This document shows positions 1 through 25,921 of a DNA stretch of 64,000 nucleotides, in pieces; positions within the stretch are counted from its first letter, which is position 1, and each line of letters starts with the position of its first letter. Made by a program: the position numbers and the translations under genes. The notes under the pieces are model-generated. The model worked only from the letters and a program-made list of their open reading frames with translations. It was not told the DNA's origin and did no database searches. This stretch comes from the human T2T-CHM13v2.0 reference genome, Homo sapiens: NCBI RefSeq assembly GCF_009914755.1, contig NC_060929.1, one strand, 5' to 3'.

Positions 1-526
1 TAAGAATGAAGCGACAGCTCAGCTGAAGTCAATATAGAAGGGGATGAACACCTGGGAATCAAACTGAATTGCACATCTCAGAAAATAGCAAGGGGGAGAC
101 CCTGACTAGTGGAGGCTACCGGATGGAAACAGACGAGAATGAACTATAACTTTCCATTCTCTGAACCCACAGAAGGCCCCACAGAACACAGACAACACCT
201 CAAGGAGAACTGGGAGAAAGCCCTGGACTGAGTTTCAATCTTTAATGACAGGGGAGTTGGAAAAAAAAAAAACTGTAATTGCCTGGAATTAATGGACTAG
301 ATTACACTATCTTTTGCTAGACATGGTGGAACTAACCTAGAGACCCTGTTCAGAGTCCTCACCTTTCAACAGGAAGAATCTGGTCTGTTTGTTTATGAAT
401 AAATCTGAAATTTGTGGATTTATAGGGCAGGACTCCTTGGGAAAATATAACAATTATAAAAACAATAATATAAATATGAGTAATTTCAGTTAACACAGCA
501 TGTAAATGACTAAGATATTTCCATAC

Positions 527-691
527 CTTCTGCATGACTTTTCTTGCCCACCTCAACTGCAATATATACCACTGTGCTACAGGAAAAGAACACTGAGCCG
601 CCCGGAAAAGCAGGAGAACACGCTGAAGGATTCCAGATACCTTCTGGCGATTATTTTTTTCAGCTTTTAAAAGAAGATCATCACCATCTTC
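527..691 (-). CDS. CPLANE1: CPLANE1 exon 20 (165 nt, EDGDDLLLK...RKVMQK); gene continues beyond the window start
   Basis: AG acceptor at 692-693 and GT donor at 525-526 on the minus strand; phase continues from exon 19; peptide matches recalled CPLANE1. Confidence 0.95.
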
Positions 692-775
692 CTGAGGAAA
701 ATAAAACAATCCATTTTAGTGGCTAGTAATGAGAAAATTTAGAATGTTAAAATGAAAATAAAGATAGGCTAATGA

Positions 776-946
776 GCTGAGCACAGTGGCTCACGCCTGT
801 AATCCCAGCACTTTGGAAGGCTGAAGCAGGAGGACTGCTTGAGCTCAGGAGTTGGAAGCTGAAGTGAGCCATGATTGCATCACTGCACTCAAGCCTGGGC
901 CACACAGGGACACCCTGTCTCAAAAAAAAAAAAAAAAAAAAAAAAA
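776..946 (+). mobile_element. Short Alu monomer-type element (FLAM/FRAM-like) with poly(A) tail
   Basis: Alu motifs, A tail, flanking duplication AAGATAGGCTAATGA. Confidence 0.85.
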
Positions 947-1514
947 AGATAGGCTAATGATGCTCACTGCTTCTCAAACTAGGATGTTCCTGGAGATTTA
1001 TAAAGGAAATTCTGAGGCACGGGCTCTGAGATTTCAACTATGGCTATTTCTAGAATTGAGAAATGTTATCTCCCCTCAACGTAAAGGGATAAGCTGACCC
1101 TTGTTCCCAGTCTTACGCTAGAACAGTTAAAGCCCGCTACTCCAGACTCCATTGGTGGGATGTTACAGAGAGGTCCATCTAAGCAGAATCCCTTTTCTCT
1201 TCCTCTGCTGGGAAGAATCCTACTTATATTTCAATGTTACTTCCTCTGTGAAGCCCATCCCTCTGTGCTACAACAGCACTTTGTTCACACTTCTACTGTA
1301 GCTTTCACCAATTTATTCCATATCAATTTATACCTGTATCCCACTGTACTCAGAACTCCCAAGAGGAAGGGCCTTGTCATTTGTCTTCGTATGGCCACAG
1401 TGTTCACACTCAAGTCTGATACATAGTAGGACCCAATAAATGTTTGTTGAATAAATGCTATCCAAACCAGTAGCTAAAGATTATTTTCCCAGATAATGAG
1501 ATAATGTGAGCATT

Positions 1515-2075
1515 GTAAACATCTGCTTCCCCAACATCCTTCTTCCCTGCCCACTTCTTAACAGTACTCAGTTTTTGAGTATCTGCCCATCTCCTACATG
1601 GCTCATATGATTGAGGGAAAGCTCATCCCACCTCAAGGAAGGATCTATTCACAGGCCAAGCAGTACCTTGTGTTAAGCCTAGCCACAGTGACTGTTTAAA
1701 GGACAGGCATGTGACCCAAGCCAGTCTCACTAAGAGTGAATCTCAATCCTCTTGCTTGGAATGCTGGGACAGAAATAATTTTGCCACTTCTCTTTGTCTC
1801 AATCACTGTGCCCATGGACATGGACAAGGCATCCTTAGAAGCTGTTAGTGGCCATTCTGCTCCCACAAGGGGAGCTAGTCTTCAGGTGAAGATGACACCT
1901 CAGAAAACAAACTAGAGCAAAAGACAGAGCCCAAGTCTTTGGTAACATAACTAAATCAGAAACCTGCCCTACAACTAGGCTTCTTCATCACGTGAACCAA
2001 TAAATGCCGTTATTGTTTAAACCATTTTGACCAAGTGTTTTATTACTTGCAACACAAGGGGTTCTAACTGATATA
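1515..2075 (+). mobile_element. Old ERVL-MaLR LTR (MLT1K-like)
   Basis: MLT1-type motifs (ggcatgtgacccaagcc; aataaatgcc...ttacttgcaac...taactgatatac); subfamily approximate. Confidence 0.6.
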
Positions 2076-3416
2076 CGGTGACATTTAGAAGAAACCTTAC
2101 CAAGGAGAATTGCTTTAATAAAAAAGAATAAAATGAAGCACTACTAAAGGCAGTAACCACTCAAACTACTCGAACTATTATCTGCACAGGCTATCCAAAA
2201 AACTTTAAATGTCATTTCAAATTTCTAAACCAATTACTAAAGACTCAGATGCAAGAGGAAAGATGAATTATTGAGAAATGCCATGGACTTTTTATTCCTT
2301 CCATTTGTAAAATCAACAAGTAAAATGTTTTAGACTATTGAAATATAACCAAATAGGACAAATGAGAAATAAAAAACTAGAGGTAGAAGTCGCCAATATT
2401 GAAACAGGAGATAGTAAAAAAATAATACCCAGAAACACTTCAAAGTGTTAATCAAATACTTAAAAGTCTAAATGTAAGTAATTTATAATAACACTTTAAA
2501 TCTTAAAACCAGCTAACTATAATGTTATGATTTTTTAATAAGAGCAGATAAAAAGTTTCTGAGAGGAATATAGTATTTATAATATAGAACTATCAATTGA
2601 ATAGTGTAGGAAAAAAAAAACCTTTTAAAACAAAGTCAAATAAAAATAAGTCTTTCTTTTCTTTTTTGAGACAGAGTTTTGCTCTGTCACCCAGGCTGGA
2701 GTGCAGTGGTGCAATCTCGGCTCACTACAACCTCTACCTCCCGGGCTCAAGCCATCTACCCACTTCAGCCTACTGAGTAGCTGAGACTACAGGCACATGC
2801 CACGATGCCCAGCTAATTTTTGTATATTTTATAGAGACAGGGTTTCGCCATGTTGCCCAGGCTGGTCTCAAACTCCTTGACTCAAGCAATCTTCCCGCCT
2901 TGGCCTCCCAAGTTCTGGGATTACAGGTGTGAGCTACTACACCCAGCCAAGTCTTTCAAAAAAGGCAAAGACAAAGAGATAAATAAGAGACTGAAATAAT
3001 GTATGGCTTCTAATTCTGACACTCATTATTTCATTTGTTAGCCTAAAAAATGCCTAATTTTTAAAAGTCTGGATATTAAGATTAATTGTGCTATATTGTT
3101 ACAATAATTTTAACATTTATTGAATAATTACTATATGTCCCAGGTCCTGAGCTAGAAGATTTTACAGGATATCTCAATCCTCACAAAAATGCCATGAGAG
3201 GTACTATTATCATCTGCATTTAACCGATACGGAAACTTAAACAGCAGTTTAGTACATTCCCTAAGATTATACAATTAGTGAACAGCAAAGCTGGGATCTA
3301 TACGTTTGTCTTTAGAGCTTGAATTTTTAACCTGATGATTATTATCAAGTTAATTATTTTAAAAACTTGACAAAATCAACTTTAAATTAATTTAAAAGTT
3401 AATGCTATAAGCTTAC

Positions 3417-3634
3417 TTCACTAAGAATAGCTGGCTGGGGACAGTACAATGGAGGAGCTGGAAGATACAAGCCGAATGGCACTAAGCCCCACAGTCTTTT
3501 ACTGAAGTCCTTGGCAGAGTCTATCAGAAGTTGAAATGTCTCCGAAAGAATATCTGCATCGGCCATAACTGATGCTTTCAGTACTTCTTGTACTGAACCA
3601 AATAGCAGATTTGCATCTTCCTCTTCAATGGGAT
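3417..3634 (-). CDS. CPLANE1: CPLANE1 exon 19 (218 nt, DPIEEEDANL...PAILSE)
   Basis: AG at 3635-3636, GTAAGC donor at 3415-3416, phase continuity. Confidence 0.95.
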
Positions 3635-4000
3635 CTATCAAATACAAAAATTTGGTAAAATAGTTAAAGCTTGTATTAAACTTCTTATCCATTTTGTAGG
3701 AAAAAATTTCAAATCTAAAAACATTCATTGTCAAGAATGAACACATTGGTTGACATACAAACATCCAAACTTACAGACAGAAATTACAAACTATCTTGTT
3801 ACTTTAAGATTATAGGTAAGACCATGAGACATTTTTATACAAGATATTGTAGAAACAACTATACAATAAAAATATTCTTAGAATGTAGTTCTGAGTCAAA
3901 AATAATTGAAAAAATATTAATGGGAAAAGAATGTCAAGAAAGACACCAAAATAATATAAAAGATTGTGTGAGAGTAACTTTTCCTTTTTTTTTTTTTTGA

Positions 4001-4102
<102 letters not shown>

Positions 4103-6479
4103 TAAGCCTCCTGAGTAGCTGGGATTACAGGCACACACTATCCAGGCTAATTTTTGTATTTTTAGTAGAGATGAGGTTTCACCATGTTGGTCAGGCTGGT
4201 CTTGAACTCCTGATCTCAGGTGATCCACCTAGCCTCCTAAAGTCCTGGGATTACAGACATGACCACCGTGCCTGGCCATTTTTCCTTTTCTTAATAGTAC
4301 ATGATAGTACTTTGTAATAATAAGTTAATAAAAATGACTTATGAAGGAAACAGGAAAACACAAAATAGTCATATGTATAGTACGGCTTCAACTATGCAAA
4401 TATCTATATATATGTGCACATGTCCCAAAAGGCAAAATGTAAGATGTGGTGGTAGAACTGGAAACTCAGGGATTTTTCTACTATGAAATATTTTAAGCAT
4501 ACTGTAAAATATAGAATATATGAAAGTACAGAATATAATATGTCAAACACTTATGTACTGACTTCTCATCCTTGTCTGATATTAACATTTTTGCTATATT
4601 CAACTTAGGTAGCCACTATCCAGCATTTGGTGTGGATATACTGGAATTCCAATTAAATATATGTTGTCTTTCTGTTGTGTGTTCTACAAAGCTTAACTTC
4701 TCTTTCATATTTTTCAAATCTATGTCCCTATCTATTTTGTATATATTTATCTTTCTTTATATATTTTATATATATATATGTATATGATAGCTCAGATGAA
4801 TAGCTCAGATTCATCTTTTCCAGTTCACAAATTTGCTCCTAAATTGGTTTAGTAACTTTAACCATCTATTGAAGTTTTTGTTTTTAAATCAGGTTGAGAC
4901 ATAATTTACATACTATATCCATCCTTTTTAAAGTATACAGTTCAATAAAATTAAACAAATCTATATTGGCTTGTAATAACATTTCCATCACTCCAAAAGT
5001 TATACTTCTTTGTAGTCAATTCCCTGTTTATTCTCAGGCAACCCCTGATCTGTTTTCTGCTCCTATAGTTTTGTTTTTTATAGAATGCCACAGAAATGGA
5101 ATCATACGGTATGTAGTCTTCGTTCCTGACTTCTTTCAGGACTTCTTACCATGACGGTTCTGTGATTCATCTATGTTGTCACAAGTTATCAGCAATTTGT
5201 TCCTCTTCACTATTTGTTATTCCATTTTAAAGATATATTTGAATTTGCTTATCCATTCACCAGTTGACGGACATTTGAGGTGTTTCCAAATTTTGGCTAT
5301 TATGAAAAAGTTGCTATAAACATTCATGTATGGATATTTGTTTTGTTTCATTTTTTGAGACAAGGATCTCACTCTGTCACCCAGGCTGGAGTGCAGTGGC
5401 ACAATCATGGCTCACTGCAGACTTGACCTCCTAGGCTCAAGGGATTCTCCCACTTTAGTTAGCTTCCCAAGCAGCTGGGACTACAGGCATATACCATCAT
5501 GCCTGGATAATTTTTGTATTTTCTGTAGAGACAGGGTTTTGTCATATTGCCCAAGCTGGTCTCGAACTCCTGGGCTCAAGTGATCTGCTGGCCTTAGCCT
5601 CCCAAAGCATTGAGATTACAGGCATGAGCCACTGCGCCTGGCTTCATGTACACATTTTTGTGTACATGAATATTTGAATGGGCCTGTTTCTATTTCTCTT
5701 TAATGGAATGGAATTCATTCAAGAGCAGCTAAAGAGAAAAAAATGGAACCCTTTGAATTTTTATTTGCTTGTTGTTTCTGACCTCTGGCAATTCCCCTTA
5801 CTTTATTTAAAGCTTGGCCTTTAAGTGGATATTTTTTGTATTTTATCTAGAAACACATTTTATCTATGTATTTATCGTGGAAGAGTTTTCAGATCATTTA
5901 AAACAACATATTGCCAAAACTCAAAGTTCAGACTGGGGATATTTTAGTCCCTTCTTTAAAATCCAACTTTCACACAGTAACATCTTTTCATTGATTAAAG
6001 CAAAAGAACTGCACAGAAAATTATCAAAGAAAAGTTTATAGTCAGATTTCCAAGCATTATAGGTTCTCTCAAAACAGAAATGTTATAAGTTTTAGGAATC
6101 TAGAGTTAGAAGTCTCACTCTTTACTGGAGCAAAGCACCAATAAAAACAGAAGGGCCTCACAGTTGCCCTGGTTTTACATTAAATATACGACATTAAATG
6201 ACTGATTTCATTACTTTTTATCTAAATTTCTCCAACTGTAAAACAGATAAATTTTATAGGATTCCTGTGTGAATCCATGTAATACATGTAATATTCTATC
6301 ATTTTTAATTTTTTAATACCATTTTGAACTTTTCAAATAAAAAAGATCTATAATTTATGCACTAGGTGAGAGTTGAAATAAATCACTCCTAAGTACCCTT
6401 CCAGGCTTGAGATTCTACAGCTCCAAAAGAAAATGATACAAATGAAGCGAAATATAATTAGTGTAAAGGTATGTATGAA

Positions 6480-6589
6480 GGCTACTCTCAACATAGTCTC
6501 TGGGGTGGCCTTGCTCTGCAGGAGGAGTCAGAGAGCTGTAACACTGCGGCATCAAGAAAGCTACTTTAATATTTAAAAAAAAAAAAAAA
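6480..6589 (+). other. Short 5'-truncated poly(A)-tailed retroposed fragment of unknown source (possibly an LTR transcript end)
   Basis: A15 tail, AAGAAA about 15 nt upstream, flanking duplication AAAGGTATGTATGAA / AAAGGCATGTATGGA. Confidence 0.6.
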
Positions 6590-6651
6590 GGCATGTATGG
6601 AAAATCAGAAAATCATTCAGTTATCAACCCTTGTATTGTAAGCTGGCATCA

Positions 6652-7041
<390 letters not shown>

Positions 7042-7140
7042 TCAAAGTGTTAATACATTTGTAGACATGTATAAACTTTTTAAGGTATTATAAGGTTTAT
7101 ATTAATCTGACACGAATCAGACTATACATACATAACACAC

Positions 7141-7280
7141 CTGTAAACTGTTTATATTTTGAGCCCATTTCATTTTTTGCTTCCAAAGAGGCTGGTTGAC
7201 CTAAAACACACTGCAGTTTTTCCTGAAAAATCTGTGCTGGAGTCATACGGAGTGGTAGATTCAGACTCTTTTTCTTGGAC
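7141..7280 (-). CDS. CPLANE1: CPLANE1 exon 18 (140 nt, SKKKSLNLPLRM...YKQFT)
   Basis: AG at 7281-7282, GT at 7139-7140; absent from the ORF track but translates in phase. Confidence 0.95.
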
Positions 7281-7519
7281 CTGAAATGACATCAAATTAA
7301 GGGAAATGAATCCAAATTTTGAAAAAAAAGGAAAGGTTTCACATATCAAGGACTAAACATGAAAGTTTAAGAAACAATGGAATTTACTTTTTTATCTATC
7401 GTACATGTAAAAAAGATATATTCAAGGAAATATTGTATTAAGACCCTCCACGATTATGATCCTAATATACTCCCCCCATTCTTATTTCTAATTGCTACCC
7501 TAAACACGGGCTTTACTAA

Positions 7520-7705
<186 letters not shown>

Positions 7706-7734
7706 TAATAAATGTTTTAACACAAATAAGTAAG

Positions 7735-7922
7735 CCACTGAGCTGTTCAATACAGTAACCACTAACTATATGTGGCTATTTTAATTTAAATTAACTAAAG
7801 TTAAATTGAAAATTTAATTCCTTGGTCTCACTGGCTGCATTTCAATAGTTACTTGTGGTGAGTGGCTACCATACTGGACAACACATTTCTATCACTAAAG
7901 AACGTTCCATTGAACAATGCTG
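7735..7922. mobile_element. hAT-Charlie MITE (MER3/MER33-like)
   Basis: ctgttcaatacagtaaccact...gtggctaccatactggaca motifs. Confidence 0.65.
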
Positions 7923-8022
7923 AACTAAGGATTCCACATAAAATGTAAATACCAGCAATAAGAGAAATATAAAATACATAGTTCAATCATACTATATCTT
8001 AAAATTGCCTAAAAATCCATAC

Positions 8023-8251
8023 CTCATGAAATTGCTATCACGTTTACAGAACAGCTGGAAAGCCACACCAATTGAAACAGACGTCTTCCAGTCTCCAAGT
8101 TTATATGCCAACCACACAGCCTCTGGAACCAGGCCACCAATAAATAGTAATTCAAGTGCATATTCAACTGTCCACACATTAGAGAGATTCTGATCTCTAA
8201 CAACACTGGCCACCTTAGAGTGTTGCAGAGGAATAAGTCGAAAGGACTGCT
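8023..8251 (-). CDS. CPLANE1: CPLANE1 exon 17 (229 nt, QSFRLIPLQHSKVAS...DSNFMR)
   Basis: AG at 8252-8253, GT at 8021-8022, phase continuity. Confidence 0.95.
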
Positions 8252-9794
8252 CTGTGAGTAAATTTTTAAAAATGGATTATTACAATCACATCCAAACTCA
8301 TGCTTCTTTACATGGGCATATTTATCTCTTCAATCAGTATTATCTACAAAAAACCACCAGGAAGATACATACAAAATGGGCTAAAGTAATACTCAACATG
8401 CCCTAGAACACTTTTAACACTGAAGAATGTGCCTCATTCGTGGGTCATGAAACAAATGCCAGCATTATTTTAAAAATGAAACAAAAGAGAAAAAAAACAA
8501 AACAGAATAGAAAGTATCAGACACAAAATAAAGGTAAATACTGTTTAATGAAACTTTTGTGTCAGGTAATATGTAAACACATACAAAAAACATTTATATC
8601 TACTATACTACTGGTTCACAAAGTACAATTTATTACCGTGACATGGGTCACAATGTGCAATTTATTACTGTGGGATGCTCAGAAATACATGTTTATTTCT
8701 CATACTAGATTATGAAATGTAGAAGGCAGAGACTACATTTTATCTGACTTTGTGTTACCCACAGTGTTATGCAATAAAAGACTAAGTTGAGGTAACAATG
8801 AAGCATATTAAGTGTCAATATTAGTGTTGATTACAAAGCAGAAAAGTGTGATGTTCAGTAATTCTGACTAAATAATAAGATTGCCATCTGGCCTGTGATT
8901 TAATACAAAAGGATAATATCGTTCCCCCTGGCCTTCTGTCCCTTTCCCTAATTGAAGTAACTTGATAAAGCAACTTAAAAATAGGATAAAAGAAATGTTA
9001 TTAAAAAATACATGTTGATGGGATTTTTACTCATTCTCTCAAAATAAAAGTCATAAACAGCATTCATGAGCTTCTCTGTTCCTCGAAATGGTGAGTTTCT
9101 CACATGACCTATACAGGCTATGCCTACTGCAAGAACTAACATTTTAGCTCTCTGACAAACACATCAGGAAAAACAAAAAGTTTTCAACCACTTGGATGTC
9201 TGATTTTGCATAAGCAAAGGAGCCAGGAGACTGGCTAAATTTTTCCTATTTTTATTCACTACGAGCAAGGTAATATACCATTAAAATAACTTGAATAATT
9301 AAATTTTCTGAAAATTTTACTACTTTCACACAGTAAAAAAGTTCACGACCTTTTAAAATATCACACCAAATAAGCAACTCAAATCCCTAGAAACATTCTG
9401 ATTAGAAAAATTAACATGAAATGTATATGCATCCTGAAACATTCACAGAACATAGGAGTTTGAACACATAGTTCAAAATCCATGGTTCTACGACTGATTA
9501 TATTTGCTGACCACTTGTTGCCATCTTTATTAAATTTCTGATAGTATTTTAACTTGTACTACTCTAACTTAGGTGTGCCTTGTACATACATATGTATCTG
9601 TTCATGTCTACTCTTGCTTAAAGCCCTCCAACAGCTTCCCATGATACTTAAAATTCAGATTTCTTAACATGGCTTACATCATCTGGCCCCTTTACTGAAT
9701 GCAACTCATATCACTCTCCACTTCCTTCTCTAGTTTTTTTTTGTTTGCTTTGGTTTTTTTGTTGTTGTTGTTTTTGTTTTGTTTTGTTTTGTTT

Positions 9795-10529
<735 letters not shown>

Positions 10530-10794
10530 TCAGCTTAACTTTCACCTCCTCAGAGAGCTACTCCTGAAATTCCAATCTCAAATTGCCACTCAGTCACGCT
10601 GTATTGCTCTATTTTAATTCTCTCCATAACAGTTATAACCATTTGATATATCTTGTTTATATATTTAAATTTCTGTCTCAACATATTAGACGTAAACCCC
10701 GTAAAAGAACAAGTACTTTATCACTTTGTTCATTGCAGTTAGGATAAATCTGTTTCACAGATGAAAAAAAAAAAGAAAAGAAAAAAAGAAAACA

Positions 10795-14207
<3,413 letters not shown>

Positions 14208-14700
14208 CCATGTTTGCTGCCCAGCTTCTAACTTACATACCATGAGAAATTACATAACATTTACTCCTTTGTAAATGTTTCTCTATCAACAGATAAAACT
14301 CTGAATAAAAATGTGTAATCCAAAAAAAAAAAAAAGAAAGAAACTACAAATGTTTTCGTATTATCAATTTCATGTGGTGCAAGCTAGTATATGTGCAGCA
14401 CTAAGAATACTGTGTGGCAAATAGTAGGCACTTAATAAAAATTAGAATGAATGAATATCATAGAAATTTGTGTACCTGTTTATACTGAGAGCAGGGCAGT
14501 TATCTAGCACAGGATTAGATGCATTTTGACCATACTAATGAAAGTATTAAATTTAAAAAGTAAATGGTCCAAATAAAATAATAAAAGTAAATCATCCAAA
14601 TAACATTAAATACTGAATTAGCAGGCTCAATATTTATTAAATCTCTACATTTTGACATAAATGAAGGTGGCAGCTCTTTCACTTTAAAAATTGAAACTTC

Positions 14701-15110
<410 letters not shown>

Positions 15111-15384
15111 AGAAATAATTAATAAATTAAAATTTAAAACTAAAAACTTTATAAAGATCAACTTGTCCCAATTTTGTGATTTTAAAAAGCCATGTTCAGT
15201 AAAAACGAATCTAAGCCATTACTTTTCTCAGATTCTATTCATTCATAGTCATAAATCACCTCCTATGTTTCAGATACTATGCTAGAACAGTATCATTGAG
15301 TAATGGCCTCTGTATAATATGTTTTAAATATTATATTATGTGCAATGCAAAAAAAGTTTAAAAAGGATTTGTTTACTACATTAC

Positions 15385-15558
15385 CTGTTTTAATATGAAG
15401 TGGGGGAAGAACATTCACATGATGAGGGGGCAAAATGCAAAGCTGCTGATTGGTGAAATAGGCAGCCATGAAACGAGCCATGGACTGGACGACTCTCACT
15501 GCTGCCTCAGGATGAACACCGCCCACCATTCCACACTCAAAATGAGACTTTGCAGCAC
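15385..15558 (-). CDS. CPLANE1: CPLANE1 exon 16 (174 nt, AAKSHFECG...PLHIKT)
   Basis: AG at 15559-15560, GT at 15383-15384. Confidence 0.95.
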
Positions 15559-15746
15559 CTAAGGAATACAGCAATGACCTAAGAAGATTGTGATCAACTA
15601 CCAAAAGTAATAATATTTAAGTTCCCAACATTATACAAAAAGAAAATTGCAATACCTTTTTTTCTGAGATAAGCACCCATGGCCAATACAAGCTGAATTA
15701 TAATAGGTACCGTACTTCTTAAAGACAATAAAACCAGAAACAATTA

Positions 15747-17413
<1,667 letters not shown>

Positions 17414-17639
17414 TAGTTAGTAATTATGTGCACATACACCTAAGAACTGTTCACAACTTTAAGTTTTATTTTTTAAATGGAGGTATCTATACAAAATGAC
17501 CCAGGCACGACAGCCTTGCAAGCTTAGAATTTCATTATTTATTTCCCGTTTTTCCTTCTCTTTCCTTTTTTTTTTTTTTTTTTTTTTTTGAAGATAAACG
17601 GGGCAGGGCTTACTACAAAAATAATCTAAAAAGCACTGA

Positions 17640-23140
<5,501 letters not shown>

Positions 23141-23149
23141 AAAGCATAC

Positions 23150-23314
23150 CTGAAAAATCTTTATTTTCTTTTACAGGTAGTTGGGACCATCTCAGGATTT
23201 CTCTTGCTAGCTGATCACACAATCCTTGAGCATCATTTAAATTATAGCTATAGAGGTGGCAGTATAAGAGAGAAAGATAATAGCGTATCTGAAGAAAATA
23301 CGTCCTTCTTCCTC
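23150..23314 (-). CDS. CPLANE1: CPLANE1 exon 15 (165 nt, GRRTYFLQIR...ENKDFS)
   Basis: AG at 23315-23316, GT at 23148-23149. Confidence 0.95.
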
Positions 23315-23485
23315 CTGAAACAAGAAGTAAGCTCACCTTAAAAGTATGTAAGCAAAGGAATGCCCTTGGTGTAGTGCTCAATTGACGGGAGTGTGTAGTT
23401 TGTGAAAATTCATCAAGTTGTACACTCATGATATGTAAACTTTTCTGCATCTGTTTCACACTTCAATAAATGATTTTTTTCACAG

Positions 23486-24010
23486 GTGATCTGGGTACAT
23501 TACATCCCCAAATAAAATTGGAATTATTTTACTCAGAAAGAATGGATAAGAGGTAGGCAACCAGCAGTTTCAGTCTTCAGATATGTAAAGGCAGTTGTCA
23601 GGGGCTCCTATCTTATATTTTTTTAGCATACTTTGCTCTTTTTCATTTTAAATTCTAAACAATTTATTTTCTTTCATCACACCCTAGGATGACTTAGATT
23701 TTATCCAAAGAAAGCTGCAAATTCTTATCATCTTAACATTAAGGTCTACTAATAACTTTTATCTCAAGTATACACAGTATGAAACAAAAGGGAACATGCC
23801 ACAAAAAACTCCAAGGAACCATATGTATATCAAAGGGATGGCCAAAGAGACTTACTGAAGCAGAAGAAACAGTTATCCAATAAGATAGGAGCCCCTGACA
23901 ACTGCCTTTACGTATCTGAAGAATGAAACTGCTGGTTGCCTACCTCTTATCCATTCTTTCTGAGTAAAATAATACCAATCTTATTTGGGGATATAATGCA
24001 CCCAGATCAC
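23486..24010. repeat. Non-Alu inverted repeat: 131-bp arms 23486-23616 and 23880-24010 with a 263-bp spacer
   Basis: Hand alignment of the left arm against the reverse complement of the right arm: 125/131 identical, no gaps. Confidence 0.95.
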
Positions 24011-24420
24011 AATTTCTCCCTAGATGTGGCCATGTAAAAATGTGACTATGTTCTGATTCAAGAGATAACATTGTATGCAATTTCCAGAAAAGCTGCTTAA
24101 AGAAAGGTAAATCAGCTAGGAAATGCAACCTTTCTAGCTCTTCCAACCTTTGTCCTATTTGCTGCCTAGAGCATGGATGTGATAGCTGAAGGTCCAGGAA
24201 CCATCTTAGCTTAGGTAATGGCCTTAAGATTGGAAGCAATGCACTAAAGATGATGCAGCAGAAAAACTAAAGGAGCCTGGGGCCTTGGTGATACCATGGA
24301 AACACCAAATCAGCCCCAAACTGCAACTTCTGCCCTCCTTTCACAAAGGAAAGCCACTCTTTCTCTGTTGAAGCCACTGCTACTTTCAATCTCCATTACT
24401 AGAAGCCATTCCTAATGGAT
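23925..24420 (+). mobile_element. Old MaLR LTR (MLT1J-like)
   Basis: tagatgtggccatgt..., ggatgtgatagctg..., ggagcctgggg..., aagccactg motifs. Confidence 0.55.
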
Positions 24421-25921
24421 GTAGTTGTAAATGAAATTAAACAAAATGTCCATAATGGAACTCATTACAAAAACTTTTCTATACCCAGAACTTCAGATCT
24501 CAGTGAATGCTGCTCTTTTCATCCAGATGGACAATCCCCAAGTCAGAGAACTACACTAGCCTTCTTTCTCCAAATCTACTCAATCACAAGTAGACTGATC
24601 AAGCCTATTAAATAACTGTCAAATGTAACCTCTGTTCTCCATTACCCTTGACATTGCTTTGGTTTCAAGGCTTCTCGTCTGACTGATTTTCTTGCCTCCA
24701 AGTAAAACCCACGCCCCTATGTCATAGTCCTGCAACTGGCCTTCCACAACTGTACCAAAGTGATCTTTCTAAACAGCCTATTCTTATTTGTACAAGTCCC
24801 TTTCCTACCTAAAGTGTCTTAACTGATTCCACTGTCTTCAAGATAAAATCTTAATTCCTTACCACTCCATTAAAGACCCTCCTTCATCATCTGTTGTCCA
24901 TCTGCCTCTCAACTTAGCTCTTATGATCCTACCGCCAATATCACATATACATATATCACATAATCTAGTCCTACTAAACTACTTGAAGTTTACCAAATTG
25001 CCATGGTTTCTCAGGCCTTTTTGGTTTTGGAACACTATATACTCTGTTAAGTCATTCCCATGACCTTAATTGGCCAATCTCTACTCAATTTTAAATGTCA
25101 ACTCCAAGAGGCTTTCCCCAGACTGATGCTTGCACTCCAGCCTGATTGTATTGAGGTGTTCTTCTGTGCTCCCTAAACATCTACCATAAAACATAATGAG
25201 AAAAGTGACTGTAGGCAACTTGAAGGTAAAGTTGTTTATTTCAGTTATCCCTAGTGCCTAATACAGTGCTGGGCACATAGCAGGCACTCAACAAAGACTG
25301 GTTAAGTAAATGAATTAATGAAATATACAAAGCCACAGCAGTCAGAAAATAAATGTAATAATAGACCAAATCTGACCACGTAGGAGTTGCAGTCAGGGTT
25401 CCAGGGTCACCAGCTGAGAACCTCTGTCATCTCAGCCATACCCTCAGCTCTGTATCATAAAAGCTATAACTTGTTTCTAACATCCACACCCCATATCCTT
25501 ATCAAAAACTCCTCGAAGCCCATACTTAATGCAATGATACGTTTAACTTACATACAATTCTTAAAGTTAAATTACTTAAAGGCAAAAAGCCCTCGCTCCA
25601 TGTTTCTCTAAGTCTGTAAGAAGGTGGTGAAATATATGACCTATAGTTTCCTATTGAGATACTTGCAGTCTCTCTAAATGACAAAAAAAAAACCACATTA
25701 TTTTATTTAGGATCTAAATCTCATTTTTCCCATCAACAATCAACCACAGGCTTTATCACAAATCAAAGAAAGGACAGAAGGAGACTTATCTACAGATCAC
25801 TGAAAAGATTTTTAGTGTTACCAATTCCAAGGTTAAGAATAATTTTAAATAAGTATTCATGAGTGTCAAGTTGCCTACAACATGTATTCTATTTGGCATT
25901 AGGATATCATAAGCACTCTGA

